Assembly (NCBI GenBank): GCA_028286525.1 | Contig: JAQBRL010000021.1 | Span: 1-53,719, forward strand | Direction of reading: 5' to 3' | From: Parcubacteria group bacterium | GTDB lineage: Bacteria; Patescibacteriota; Minisyncoccia; Phycocordibacterales; Phycocordibacteraceae | DNA length: 53,719 bases | Shown: piece after piece, positions 43,155-51,642 of the stretch | Position numbering within the stretch: the first letter of the stretch is position 1 | Layout of the letters: the number at the start of each line of letters is the position of its first letter | Notes under the pieces: generated by a model | The model's database searches: none | What the model was told of the DNA's origin: nothing | What the model saw: only the letters and a program-made list of their open reading frames with translations | Program-made: the position numbers and the translations under genes

Positions 43155-43526
43155 TCAGGCGTGAGCGATACGGGCAACGTTGGTCCAAAGACCGAGCACG
43201 CGCATCAGGAGGGAACGGAGGTCATGAGCTTGCTTGCAGGCGCTTTCTGCGCCGTGGGCGATGACCTGGCGGCTCATGCGGATATTGCCGCAGGAGAGCC
43301 GTTCGATATCGAGTTCGCCCTTGCAGTGCTTCTGCAGGCGGTCGAGCGCGAAGATGGGAAGCGCGGGTCCCACGCCAACGGAGAAGTTAGCGACGAGCTC
43401 GTGCTCCCAGCTTTTGGGGTGCGCGGGGCTTGGGCGAAAGGCAATCGTGCCGTCGAGGAACTGAAGCATCGGTGTAAAATCCTTGGTTGCGGTTGAATCC
43501 GCTTCCTTGAAGAACCCCACCATCAC
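43155..43526 (-). CDS. Hypothetical protein (123 aa), orphan
   Basis: Clean ORF between truB and the next orphan. No family recognised and no obvious SD. Confidence 0.45.
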   Translation of the reverse strand: MMVGFFKEADSTATKDFTPMLQFLDGTIAFRPSPAHPKSWEHELVANFSVGVGPALPIFALDRLQKHCKGELDIERLSCGNIRMSRQVIAHGAESACKQAHDLRSLLMRVLGLWTNVARIAHA

Positions 43527-43612
43527 CGACGTCCAAAAGTATTATAGCACACAATTCAGTAATTAAAATGTTCGGGCCGGACGACTCTAGGAGTCATCCG
43601 GCCCGGGAAGGT

Positions 43613-44158
43613 TCACAGCAGCGGTTGCTGCTGTGCGCGAAGGAGCTGCGCGGCTTTCCGACCGCGCTCCGTCGGGGTGAGCGGCTTGCGGGCTTTTTCC
43701 GCATTCTCCGCCTTCGTCTCTTGGCCTTTGCGGGCCCAGAGCCGTCGAAGCGCCTTGGTCAGGGCCTCCGGTTCGTAGTTGATGTTCCGGACGGTGCCCA
43801 GCCATTGGCTGGCGTAGCCGATCAACTGCTTATCGGTGAAGCGGTAACCAAGGCCAGCGTCGCCAAGGGTCCGTCCCAGCCAGGTATTGAAGAGAGAAAG
43901 GTGGACCTTCGAGACGTTCGCGATGGCGGACTCGAGCCGGAAGTGTTCCGCAGCTTTCGCCTGGGCATTCTGTAGCTGCCCGCGACCGATGTAGCGCTCG
44001 GGACTGATATCGGATTGCCGATGCGACGGAATTTCGATCGAGACGCGTTGCGCGGTGTCGTCCTCCATGCGGAGGAAGGTGACGCTGCAGCCCGCTCTCA
44101 ATTTCACCGTGACGCGATTGGGATCGCGCGGATGGACATAGAGTTCGCTTAGCTGCAC
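43613..44158 (-). CDS. Hypothetical protein (181 aa), orphan with basic C-terminal tail
   Basis: GTG start 7 nt after GGGAG. K/R/Q-rich C-terminus (KGQETKAENAEKARKPLTPTERGRKAAQLLRAQQ). No family recognised. Confidence 0.5.
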   Translation of the reverse strand: MQLSELYVHPRDPNRVTVKLRAGCSVTFLRMEDDTAQRVSIEIPSHRQSDISPERYIGRGQLQNAQAKAAEHFRLESAIANVSKVHLSLFNTWLGRTLGDAGLGYRFTDKQLIGYASQWLGTVRNINYEPEALTKALRRLWARKGQETKAENAEKARKPLTPTERGRKAAQLLRAQQQPLL

Positions 44159-44235
44159 GTGCTAGCTCCCACGTAATTACACAGAGCAAAATCGCTCTAT
44201 GTCAATAGTACAACAGAATTGTAGAAAAAGCAAGC

Positions 44236-44691
44236 CTAGGAGAGAAGGGAATCGACGACAGCCTTCACATCTCCGCCGTCCGCGCGGCCCTTCAGCTCCT
44301 GCATGAGTGCGCCCATGAATTTCCCCATACCTGACTTATCTATAGGCCCGGTCTCCGCTAATTTCGCTTTGGCGATGACCTCTATCTCGTCCCGCGTCAT
44401 CTGGGTCGGCAGAAGCGACTCGATGATGGAAAGCTCCTGCGCTTCCGGAAGCGCAAGCTCGGTACGCCCCGCGTTCGTGAATTGCTCGATGGAGTCCTTG
44501 CGCTGATTGGCTGCACGCTTGAGGACAGCGAGCGCGTCCTCGTCCGTGAGGAATTCGTCCGGTTTGCGCTTCTTGGCGACTACTTCGTTGGTCATCGCGG
44601 TAGAAAGGGAACGGTAGGTGCGCAGCTTCACTTCGTCCCGCGCCTTGAGCGCTTCAGGGATGCCGGCTTTTATCGTCTCGTGGATGCTCAT
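44236..44691 (-). CDS. GatB/YqeY domain protein
   Basis: ..LKARDEVKLRTYRSL..AVLKRAANQRKDSIEQF..GMGKFMGALMQELKGRADG. Confidence 0.85.
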   Translation of the reverse strand: MSIHETIKAGIPEALKARDEVKLRTYRSLSTAMTNEVVAKKRKPDEFLTDEDALAVLKRAANQRKDSIEQFTNAGRTELALPEAQELSIIESLLPTQMTRDEIEVIAKAKLAETGPIDKSGMGKFMGALMQELKGRADGGDVKAVVDSLLS

Positions 44692-44963
44692 GCGTCGTGC
44701 TTAGGCTGGATCTGATAATGCTTATGAAGATGGATGAGGTCTTGGCGGATATTCTCTATGACCTTCGCTTCGATAGGAGCGATGGTAAGGAATCCATTCT
44801 CGCAGGTACGGATGCTTTCTTCGAGGAAACCCATGACCGTGGCCAAAAGCGGAAAATAATCCCCGGTCTTTATATGGAACTCGAGTCGCTCGAGACGTAC
44901 GGGTTCGTCCGCGGTGTCCGTCTGCTGGGCATACGGCTCGGCAAAGGCGTTAGTGGGGCTCAT
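44688..44963 (-). CDS. Hypothetical protein (91 aa), coupled to the yqeY-like gene
   Basis: ATGA overlap with the downstream gene. TATAGT lies 6 nt before the ATG. Confidence 0.55.
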   Translation of the reverse strand: MSPTNAFAEPYAQQTDTADEPVRLERLEFHIKTGDYFPLLATVMGFLEESIRTCENGFLTIAPIEAKVIENIRQDLIHLHKHYQIQPKHDA

Positions 44964-45010
44964 GCCTCCACTATATCATCGCCTCCGCACCTCGCGGTAT
45001 ACTGGAGCAT

Positions 45011-46069
45011 ATGGATATGGTCTGGGTCGCTATCATCATCGGTATTCTAATCCTCATGCAGGGCGTGGGGCTCTATCTCATGATGCGCAAGCGCGAAAAG
45101 CCTTCAGGGGACGACGGCAGCGGACCTCTTCTCATGCAACGGCTTGAAGGGCTCGAGCGCACGCTCGATTCCCGCATGTCGGAGTCTGCTAAGCAGATGC
45201 ACGAGACGGTGCGTAGTCAGCTCGGAGAATCCTCGCGCCTCATCAAGGAAATCACTACGGAACTCACTTCCGTGAAGGAAATCGGCCGGCAGACCCAGAC
45301 GTACGCCGAGCAGCTGCAGTCGCTTCAGGATCTTCTCAAGAACCCGAAGCAGCGCGGCATCCTCGGCGAGTACTACCTCGAGACGGTGCTCAAGAACGTG
45401 CTGGCGCCCGGCATGTACCAGATGCAGTACGCCTTCAAGAATGGGGAGATAGTGGACGCTGCGGTATTCATTCAGGAGAAGATTGTTCCTATCGACTCGA
45501 AATTCTCGCTTGATAACTACAATCGCTTCGTCTCCACGCCTGTCGGCAGCATCGAGCGAGCCGCAGCGGAAAAAGCGTTCGTGAACGATCTCAAGCTCCG
45601 TATCACGGAAACGGCGAAATACATCCGGCCGGAAGAGAACACTATGGACTTCGCATTCATGTTCATTCCCTCTGAAGGCATCTATTACGACCTGTTGACG
45701 AATCAGGTGGGGGCAGGAGAAGAGGAGAACCTCATCCAGCGCGCAGCAGGGAAGTACAAGGTCATCATCGTCTCACCGACCTCGTTCCTTGCATATCTGC
45801 AGACCGTATTGCAAGGACTCAAGGCGATGCAGATAGAGCAACGTGCCGAAGAGATACAGAAACGGGTAGGGGAGCTCGGCAAGCACCTCGGAAGCTACGA
45901 AGATTTTTATAAGAAGCTGGGGAATGCCCTGGGCACCGCAGTCTCGCACTACAATAGCGGCTATAAGGAACTCGGCAAGATAGACAAGGATGTGTACCGT
46001 ATCGCGGAAGAAAAAATAGGTATCGAGCAGGAGCTGCTCGAGAAGCCTGGTGTGCTTGAACTGGACTAA
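45011..46069 (+). CDS. rmuC: DNA recombination protein RmuC
   Basis: N-terminal TM and coiled coil. ..QRGILGEYYLE..PIDSKF..FMFIPSEGIYY..VSPTSFLAYL. TATACT lies 7 nt before the ATG. Confidence 0.9.
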   Translation: MDMVWVAIIIGILILMQGVGLYLMMRKREKPSGDDGSGPLLMQRLEGLERTLDSRMSESAKQMHETVRSQLGESSRLIKEITTELTSVKEIGRQTQTYAEQLQSLQDLLKNPKQRGILGEYYLETVLKNVLAPGMYQMQYAFKNGEIVDAAVFIQEKIVPIDSKFSLDNYNRFVSTPVGSIERAAAEKAFVNDLKLRITETAKYIRPEENTMDFAFMFIPSEGIYYDLLTNQVGAGEEENLIQRAAGKYKVIIVSPTSFLAYLQTVLQGLKAMQIEQRAEEIQKRVGELGKHLGSYEDFYKKLGNALGTAVSHYNSGYKELGKIDKDVYRIAEEKIGIEQELLEKPGVLELD

Positions 46070-46152
46070 GCACGGTTTTCTGTTGTGAATGCATGGGTGC
46101 GGGTATACAGTGAAAATAGCGTTCGCGTTGTTTTCAGTCGGGGAGTAGTACT

Positions 46153-46368
46153 ATGCGGAAATTCGCTGTCGTCACCATCGTCGCCTCCGTCTGCCTGATA
46201 GCGGGAGCGGGAACCGGGTTCGCGCTCGTGCGGTTGTCGCAGCCAGAGCCCACCGTCGCTGACATCATCTATTCGCGTCTCCACACCACCGGGTCTCAAA
46301 TGCAGCAGACTGTACCACAGACAAAGGACCCATATTGGTGGAATTCGCGTCACTGGCTTCCGGCGTAG
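46153..46368 (+). CDS. Small membrane-anchored protein (71 aa)
   Basis: GGGGAG lies 7 nt before the ATG. One TM helix. Confidence 0.45.
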   Translation: MRKFAVVTIVASVCLIAGAGTGFALVRLSQPEPTVADIIYSRLHTTGSQMQQTVPQTKDPYWWNSRHWLPA

Positions 46369-46377
46369 GAGAGACTC

Positions 46378-46467
46378 ATGTTCCGTAAATATCCTGCGCT
46401 TCGGTTCTCTCTCATCGTTCTGGCGCTCCTGCTCGTCGCAATCGCTATCTGGCGATGGCCTCGGTAG
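46378..46467 (+). CDS. 29-aa hydrophobic peptide (not in ORF track)
   Basis: Own translation: MFRKYPALRFSLIVLALLLVAIAIWRWPR. GGAGA lies 6 nt before the ATG. GGCCGCG..CGCGGCC hairpin plus T-rich tail downstream. Confidence 0.3.
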   Translation: MFRKYPALRFSLIVLALLLVAIAIWRWPR

Positions 46468-46552
46468 ATCTGCACCATATACCAAGCGGCCGCGCCCCAT
46501 CCTGGGACGCGGCCTTGCTTTCTAGGGCCTAAACCCGTACTATACGGGAACT

Positions 46553-46885
46553 ATGGAATTCGCAGTTATAAAGACCGGAGGCAAGCAGTACGTGGTCGCC
46601 CCAGGCGATCTCGTCACTATCGAGAAGCTGGGTCGTGGCGCAGCCACCCTCGATCTCAAGAAAGGAGACCCTGTCACGTTCGAGGACGTGCTTCTTACGG
46701 ACGATGGAAAGGCGACGAACGTCGGCACCCCGATGATCTCAGGCGTGAAAGTCACCGCGACCGTTTTCTCGGTCGGACGCGCCAAGAAGGTGGAAGTCGT
46801 GAAGTACAAGGCGAAGAGCCGCTACCTCAAGCGCCGTGGCCACCGCCAACCGTTCGTGAAAGTGAAGATCGACGCAATCGCATAA
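46553..46885 (+). CDS. rplU: 50S ribosomal protein L21
   Basis: MEFAVIKTGGKQYVV..KYKAKSRYLKRRGHRQPF. Confidence 0.95.
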   Translation: MEFAVIKTGGKQYVVAPGDLVTIEKLGRGAATLDLKKGDPVTFEDVLLTDDGKATNVGTPMISGVKVTATVFSVGRAKKVEVVKYKAKSRYLKRRGHRQPFVKVKIDAIA

Positions 46886-46889
46886 AGAA

Positions 46890-46916
46890 AAGACCCGCCA
46901 GAAGGCGGGTCTTTTC
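46890..46916. terminator. Bidirectional terminator between rplU and recR
   Basis: AAGACCCGCC-AGAA-GGCGGGTCTT flanked by A- and T-runs. Confidence 0.75.
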
Positions 46917-46917
46917 T

Positions 46918-47523
46918 TTATGTTTCTTTTCGATTCTGAAGTGCGCTTGAGAGCGTCTGGGGGTCGGAGTATTCGAGCTCGCTGCCGGTTGCGAGCCCAC
47001 GTCCGAGCTGCGTAATACGGAGCGAGGCGCGCAACGGCTGCAGCAGCTCTCGCACACGGTCCGCCGTGTGTTCGCCTTCGTTGGTCGCCGAGAGGGCGAG
47101 CACGATTTCTACGAGACCATTCTTGCTTCTCGCTTCCACGACGCGAATGAGGTCGCGTTCGCGTATCGCTCCTTTGCCGGTGAGAGTGATGATGCCGCCC
47201 AGTATGAAGTAACGTCCTTTGTAGGCGTTCGCCCGCTCTACCGCGACCATATCCTGGTCCTTCTCCACGATCATCAGGAGCGCATCGTCCCTGCTCGTGT
47301 CGGCGCAGTAATTGCACAGGCTATCGCTATTGGTAGGGGCGAAGCGCATGCACATCGTGCACTGACGGATATCGTTGCCCAGCTTCGTTATGAGGTCGGC
47401 AAGGCGATTGCGGTCACCGGGAGCGGCAGAGAGAAGGTAGTACACGAAACGCCGCGCCTGGCGCGGACCGATGCCTGGGAAGCGCTCGAACGCTCGCCCC
47501 AATTCTTCGATACGATCGTGCAT
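46918..47523 (-). CDS. recR: Recombination protein RecR
   Basis: FPGIGPRQARR, a C4 zinc finger (CTMC..CNYC) and a Toprim region (LMIVEKDQD). Confidence 0.95.
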   Translation of the reverse strand: MHDRIEELGRAFERFPGIGPRQARRFVYYLLSAAPGDRNRLADLITKLGNDIRQCTMCMRFAPTNSDSLCNYCADTSRDDALLMIVEKDQDMVAVERANAYKGRYFILGGIITLTGKGAIRERDLIRVVEARSKNGLVEIVLALSATNEGEHTADRVRELLQPLRASLRITQLGRGLATGSELEYSDPQTLSSALQNRKET

Positions 47524-47526
47524 ACG

Positions 47527-47775
47527 TTATGAAAAAAAGAATATGCGCACGAGCGCGGCGAGCGCAACGACACTCCAGATAACATTCAGCCAGAAAGGTT
47601 GGAAGTCGCGCTTAGCAAACGCAACTGCAACAATTCCAAGCGCGCCAGTCAGATTTAGTACTTGGTACCACGCACTTGCGCTCGAGAGGATGCCGAAGGA
47701 GACGAGTGCGTATGCTCCTAGTATGGCGAGCAAACCGTACCAACCGAATGCTTGGATGAAAGGATTCGATTCCAT
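47527..47775 (-). CDS. Small 3-TM membrane protein (CBU_0592-like)
   Basis: Start MESNPFIQAFGWYG.. 1 nt after the dnaB stop. 82 aa. Confidence 0.55.
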   Translation of the reverse strand: MESNPFIQAFGWYGLLAILGAYALVSFGILSSASAWYQVLNLTGALGIVAVAFAKRDFQPFWLNVIWSVVALAALVRIFFFS

Positions 47776-47776
47776 A

Positions 47777-49141
47777 CTAAAACTCGCCGGCGAGGTCGCC
47801 ATATCCCGACTTATCGACGGGCATGAAGGTGGCGCGCTTCTCGTCGAAGTAGAGGTCGCATTTACCGACGGGACCATTACGGTGCTTCTCCACGAGTATT
47901 TCGGCGATATTCGGCCGGTCGCTATCCGGATTGCGCTTATCGTCGCGGTGGATGAACATCACCACGTCCGCATCCTGCTCGATGGAACCGGAATCGCGAA
48001 GGTCAGAAAGACGCGGCTTGCCGCCACGCTGCTCCACGGCACGCGAGAGCTGCGAGAGGGCGATGACCGGCACCTCGAGCTCGCGCGCCAGATGCTTGAG
48101 CGAGCGGGATATCTCCGTGACCTGCTGCACCATCGATGCGTCCGCTTTGGTATTCGTAGGCGCCATGAGCTGGAGGTAGTCGACGATGATCATGCCGATA
48201 CCGCGCTCGCGCTTCAGCCGTCGTGCGACCGCGCGCATGGCGAGGATGTTATTACCAGGCTTATCGTCGATATAAATAGGCGCTTTCGAAAGGGTTTCGA
48301 GCGCGTCGCGTATCTTATTGAAATCATCCTCGGCATGTATGGCGCCCGTGCGCATCTTCCAGGAGTTCACGTTACTTTCGGCCGCGAGCATGCGGTCTAC
48401 CAGCTGCTCAGAGCTCATTTCGAGGGAGAATATACCGACCGGGACGTTGTGCTTCACGGCGGCGTTGCGCGCGATGTCGAGCGCGAGCGAAGTCTTACCT
48501 ACGGACGGCCGCGCCGCGAGTATGACGAGATCGGAGGGATGGAATCCCGACAGGAGATTGTCGAGGTCCGGGAAACCGGAAGGAACGCCGCGGATGCTTC
48601 CGTCCGACTTAGAGAGCGCCTCGATACGTTCCCACGCACCTTCGACTTTTTCTGAAATGGCAACGAACTTGTGCGAAGCGGACGAGTTGCCGATGGCCAT
48701 TATCTTCTTCTCCGCATCGTCGAGCAGCTGCACGACATCCTGCGCGTCATCGTATGCGGATTCCGTTATCTCATACGAAGTGTCGATCAAGGAACGCATG
48801 ATGTGCTTGCGCGAGACGAGGTCGGCGTAGTGTGCGAAGTTGCCGGGAGCAGGGGCGGACCCCGCAAGCTCCGCGATGTAGGCGCGGCCGCCCATGCGCT
48901 CGAGCGTGCCGTTATTCGTCAGGCGCTCGGAGAGGGAAAGGATGTCGATGGGTTCGCCGCGTTCCGAAAGCTCACGCATGGCTTCGAAGATGATGCGGTG
49001 CTTCTCGGCGTAGAACGAGTCGCCATGAATGGTGTCCGAGACGTCATGGATAGCGTCGGGCTTCAGGAGGAGGGCGCCCAGCAGCGCACGCTCGGAATCG
49101 AGGCTTTGCGGAGGAACGCGGACAGCAGTGGAGTCGGCCAT
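47777..49141 (-). CDS. dnaB: Replicative DNA helicase DnaB
   Basis: PQSLDSERALLGALL.., Walker A ARPSVGKTS, IIVDYLQLM and SQLSRAVEQR. Confidence 0.95.
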   Translation of the reverse strand: MADSTAVRVPPQSLDSERALLGALLLKPDAIHDVSDTIHGDSFYAEKHRIIFEAMRELSERGEPIDILSLSERLTNNGTLERMGGRAYIAELAGSAPAPGNFAHYADLVSRKHIMRSLIDTSYEITESAYDDAQDVVQLLDDAEKKIMAIGNSSASHKFVAISEKVEGAWERIEALSKSDGSIRGVPSGFPDLDNLLSGFHPSDLVILAARPSVGKTSLALDIARNAAVKHNVPVGIFSLEMSSEQLVDRMLAAESNVNSWKMRTGAIHAEDDFNKIRDALETLSKAPIYIDDKPGNNILAMRAVARRLKRERGIGMIIVDYLQLMAPTNTKADASMVQQVTEISRSLKHLARELEVPVIALSQLSRAVEQRGGKPRLSDLRDSGSIEQDADVVMFIHRDDKRNPDSDRPNIAEILVEKHRNGPVGKCDLYFDEKRATFMPVDKSGYGDLAGEF

Positions 49142-50601
49142 TACTCCCGATTGTACGACGCGCGAGAGGGAGTGACTACCGTGCCGGAAGGGCCGTCGTC
49201 CACACGATATCCCCTGTACTCGAGTTCTTCGCGGATCTCGTCCGAAAGCTTGTATTCCTTGGCTTGCCGCGCCTCGTCTCGACGCAGTATCAACACCTGC
49301 ACCTCCTGGGGCAGGTCTTCGGTGGCCACCGGTCCCTCCACTTCAGGAGGGTTCACGAGCGCGAGGCCGAATATCGCGTCCGCAGCGGTGAGCACGCCGA
49401 GCTTCTCGGCCGCACTCATTTCCTCGTCGCGGAGCGTCTCCCACAGGAGCGCGAGCGCTGCGGGGGTCGCGAGATCGTCACGCACTACCGCTACCATGCG
49501 CCGCGCGGCTTCGGAGTCGGTACTCTTCTCCTTGGCTTCGTCCATGACCTCGCACGAAAGCCTCCAGAGGCGCTGCAGCGCTTCATGCGCCGCGGCAATC
49601 GCTTCCCATGAGAAGGAGACGGGCGTACGGAAACTTGCCTGATAGTAGAAATAGCGCAGGGAGAGCGGATGGAAGCCGCGCGCAGTGATATCGGAAAGCA
49701 GTATCTCGTTGCCAAGGGATTTCGATATCTTCTCGCCTTCGATGGTGATAAAGGCTTCGTGGAGCCAGTAGCGTGCAAGGGGTCTTCCGGTCGCTACCTC
49801 CGACTGGGCTATTTCGTTGTTGTGATGCACGGGAATGTGGTCCATGCCGCCGGTGTGGATGTCTATCTCGCGCCCGAGGATGGCGCGTATCATCGCGGAG
49901 CATTCGATATGCCAGCCCGGATTGCCCGAGCCCCAGGGACTCGGCCACTGCTGCAGGTCGCCGGGCTTGGCTTTGCGCCAGAGCGCGAAGTCATGGAGAT
50001 TGCGCTTGCCGGCTCCTACTTTGATGCGTGCGCCGCCCATGAGCTTGACCTGCGCGATGCCGCCGAGCTTTCCGTAGTCCGGAAGCTTCGCGGTGTCGAA
50101 ATACACGCCGTCGCTGGCTTGATAGGCATACCCCTTCTCCTCGATGCTTTCTATCATCGCTATCTGCTCCTGGATATATTCGGATGCGCGGGGGAACAGG
50201 ATGTGATTCGTATCGATATTGAGCGACTTGATGTCCGTGAGGTACTGCTTGGTGTATCGGTTCGCGATCTCTGCAGGCGAGACCTGCTCGCGCTCGGCCC
50301 CCACTTTCATCTTGTCCTCGCCCTCGTCCCCGTCGCCCACGAGGTGCCCGACGTCCGTGATGTTGATGACGCGGCGTACATGGAAGTCAGCGGCCAGAAG
50401 CACGCGCGCAATGGTGTCGGCAAAAAGCGCGGCGCGCAGGTTCCCGATGTGCTGCGGCCCGTAGACCGTCGGGCCGCAGGAATACATCGACGCGACTCCC
50501 GGCTTCAGCGATACGAACAGGTCCTTCTTACCGGTCAGGGTATTGGTAAAGAAGATGGGAGCCGCGCTCGGCGGGACGACGGGTTTCTTGAACGGCCACA
50601 T
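49141..50601 (-). CDS. cysS: Cysteinyl-tRNA synthetase
   Basis: CGPTVYGPQHIGN (HIGH-type), WHIECS and KISKSLGN (KMSKS). The stop overlaps the dnaB start (TAATG). Confidence 0.95.
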   Translation of the reverse strand: MWPFKKPVVPPSAAPIFFTNTLTGKKDLFVSLKPGVASMYSCGPTVYGPQHIGNLRAALFADTIARVLLAADFHVRRVINITDVGHLVGDGDEGEDKMKVGAEREQVSPAEIANRYTKQYLTDIKSLNIDTNHILFPRASEYIQEQIAMIESIEEKGYAYQASDGVYFDTAKLPDYGKLGGIAQVKLMGGARIKVGAGKRNLHDFALWRKAKPGDLQQWPSPWGSGNPGWHIECSAMIRAILGREIDIHTGGMDHIPVHHNNEIAQSEVATGRPLARYWLHEAFITIEGEKISKSLGNEILLSDITARGFHPLSLRYFYYQASFRTPVSFSWEAIAAAHEALQRLWRLSCEVMDEAKEKSTDSEAARRMVAVVRDDLATPAALALLWETLRDEEMSAAEKLGVLTAADAIFGLALVNPPEVEGPVATEDLPQEVQVLILRRDEARQAKEYKLSDEIREELEYRGYRVDDGPSGTVVTPSRASYNRE

Positions 50602-50638
50602 AATGAATGTACTTTACCATTTCATCCCGCGAGCGGCT

Positions 50639-51556
50639 CTAGAGCCACTTCCTGGATTTGAAGAACACGAATGCAGTAAGGCTTACCAGGAGCCCGAGAA
50701 CCACGATGATCCAAAAGGCGTGCGGATCTTCCTGGAAGGGAAGCGCGCGGAAGTTCATATTGAAAAGAGAGGAGAGCACGGTCATGGGGGTGACGAGGAA
50801 GGCCACGACCGTGAGCCGTTTGACGATCTCGTTCTGGGAGGCATTCAGGAGCGAGTCGTTCGTAGCGCGCAATTCGGTCGCGGCCGCTCGATACGAACGC
50901 ACGAGGTCGGCGACGTGCTCGCGTTCGCCCTCGATGTGCGCCGCATGCTCACTGAATTTCTTTCCGAAGAAGGCAGGCGCGGTCAGCCCTTGCAGGAATT
51001 GCGCGAGCGGCTCTTGATGGCGTGCGAGCGTGGTCTGGAAGCGCAGGAGCACGCGGCCCACGTCCGAAATGCCGTGGACCGTGTCGCGTTCCTTCCCGGC
51101 GAACATGTCGGTTTCGATGCGGTCGAGCACGCGCGCGGCATGCTCCATCTCTTCGCGTATCGCGCCGTACATACGGCGCATGAGACGTTCGAGCAGTTCG
51201 TCGGCATGCGCCGTGGCATGCGGAAGGCCGAGCAGCTCTTCGGCCTCGAAGACGCGGTGCAGGTTATGCAGGGTCTCGATTATCTCGTAGCGCGCGGTAA
51301 TGATGAAATGCTTGCCGACGATGAAATCGACTTCCTGCGTACGCGTGCCGCCCGCAGGGTCGGTAGTCGGGAAATGCAGTATCAAGTACTGATACTTGGG
51401 GAACGAGATGACGATGGGGTAGGGAGTGGGCGCGATTATCTCTTCCTCGATGCGTTCATCGATATTGAACTCGCGCATGACGCTATCGAGCTCCTCGTGC
51501 GACGGACTTTCGAGGTCCACCCACGTGATCTTTCCGCGCGTATGCCTCGTGACCAT
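50639..51556 (-). CDS. corA: CorA-family divalent cation transporter with NMN instead of GMN
   Basis: CorA layout with 2 C-terminal TM helices. The signature reads LFNMNF (codons 50753-50761) where YGMNF is expected. TATACT lies 6 nt before the ATG. Confidence 0.85.
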   Translation of the reverse strand: MVTRHTRGKITWVDLESPSHEELDSVMREFNIDERIEEEIIAPTPYPIVISFPKYQYLILHFPTTDPAGGTRTQEVDFIVGKHFIITARYEIIETLHNLHRVFEAEELLGLPHATAHADELLERLMRRMYGAIREEMEHAARVLDRIETDMFAGKERDTVHGISDVGRVLLRFQTTLARHQEPLAQFLQGLTAPAFFGKKFSEHAAHIEGEREHVADLVRSYRAAATELRATNDSLLNASQNEIVKRLTVVAFLVTPMTVLSSLFNMNFRALPFQEDPHAFWIIVVLGLLVSLTAFVFFKSRKWL

Positions 51557-51642
51557 TGCAGTAGTATACCGTCGCGCATGCGCGTACCGCGCGACTCGTT
51601 CCTCTATAAGTGGATAGAACGTGCGTGATATACTCCCGGGTA

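Noticed and set aside
47471-51628. Long + strand ORFs (394, 323, 330 and 361 aa)
   Set aside because: They lie opposite dnaB, cysS and corA, all of which have clear signatures. They are shadow frames.
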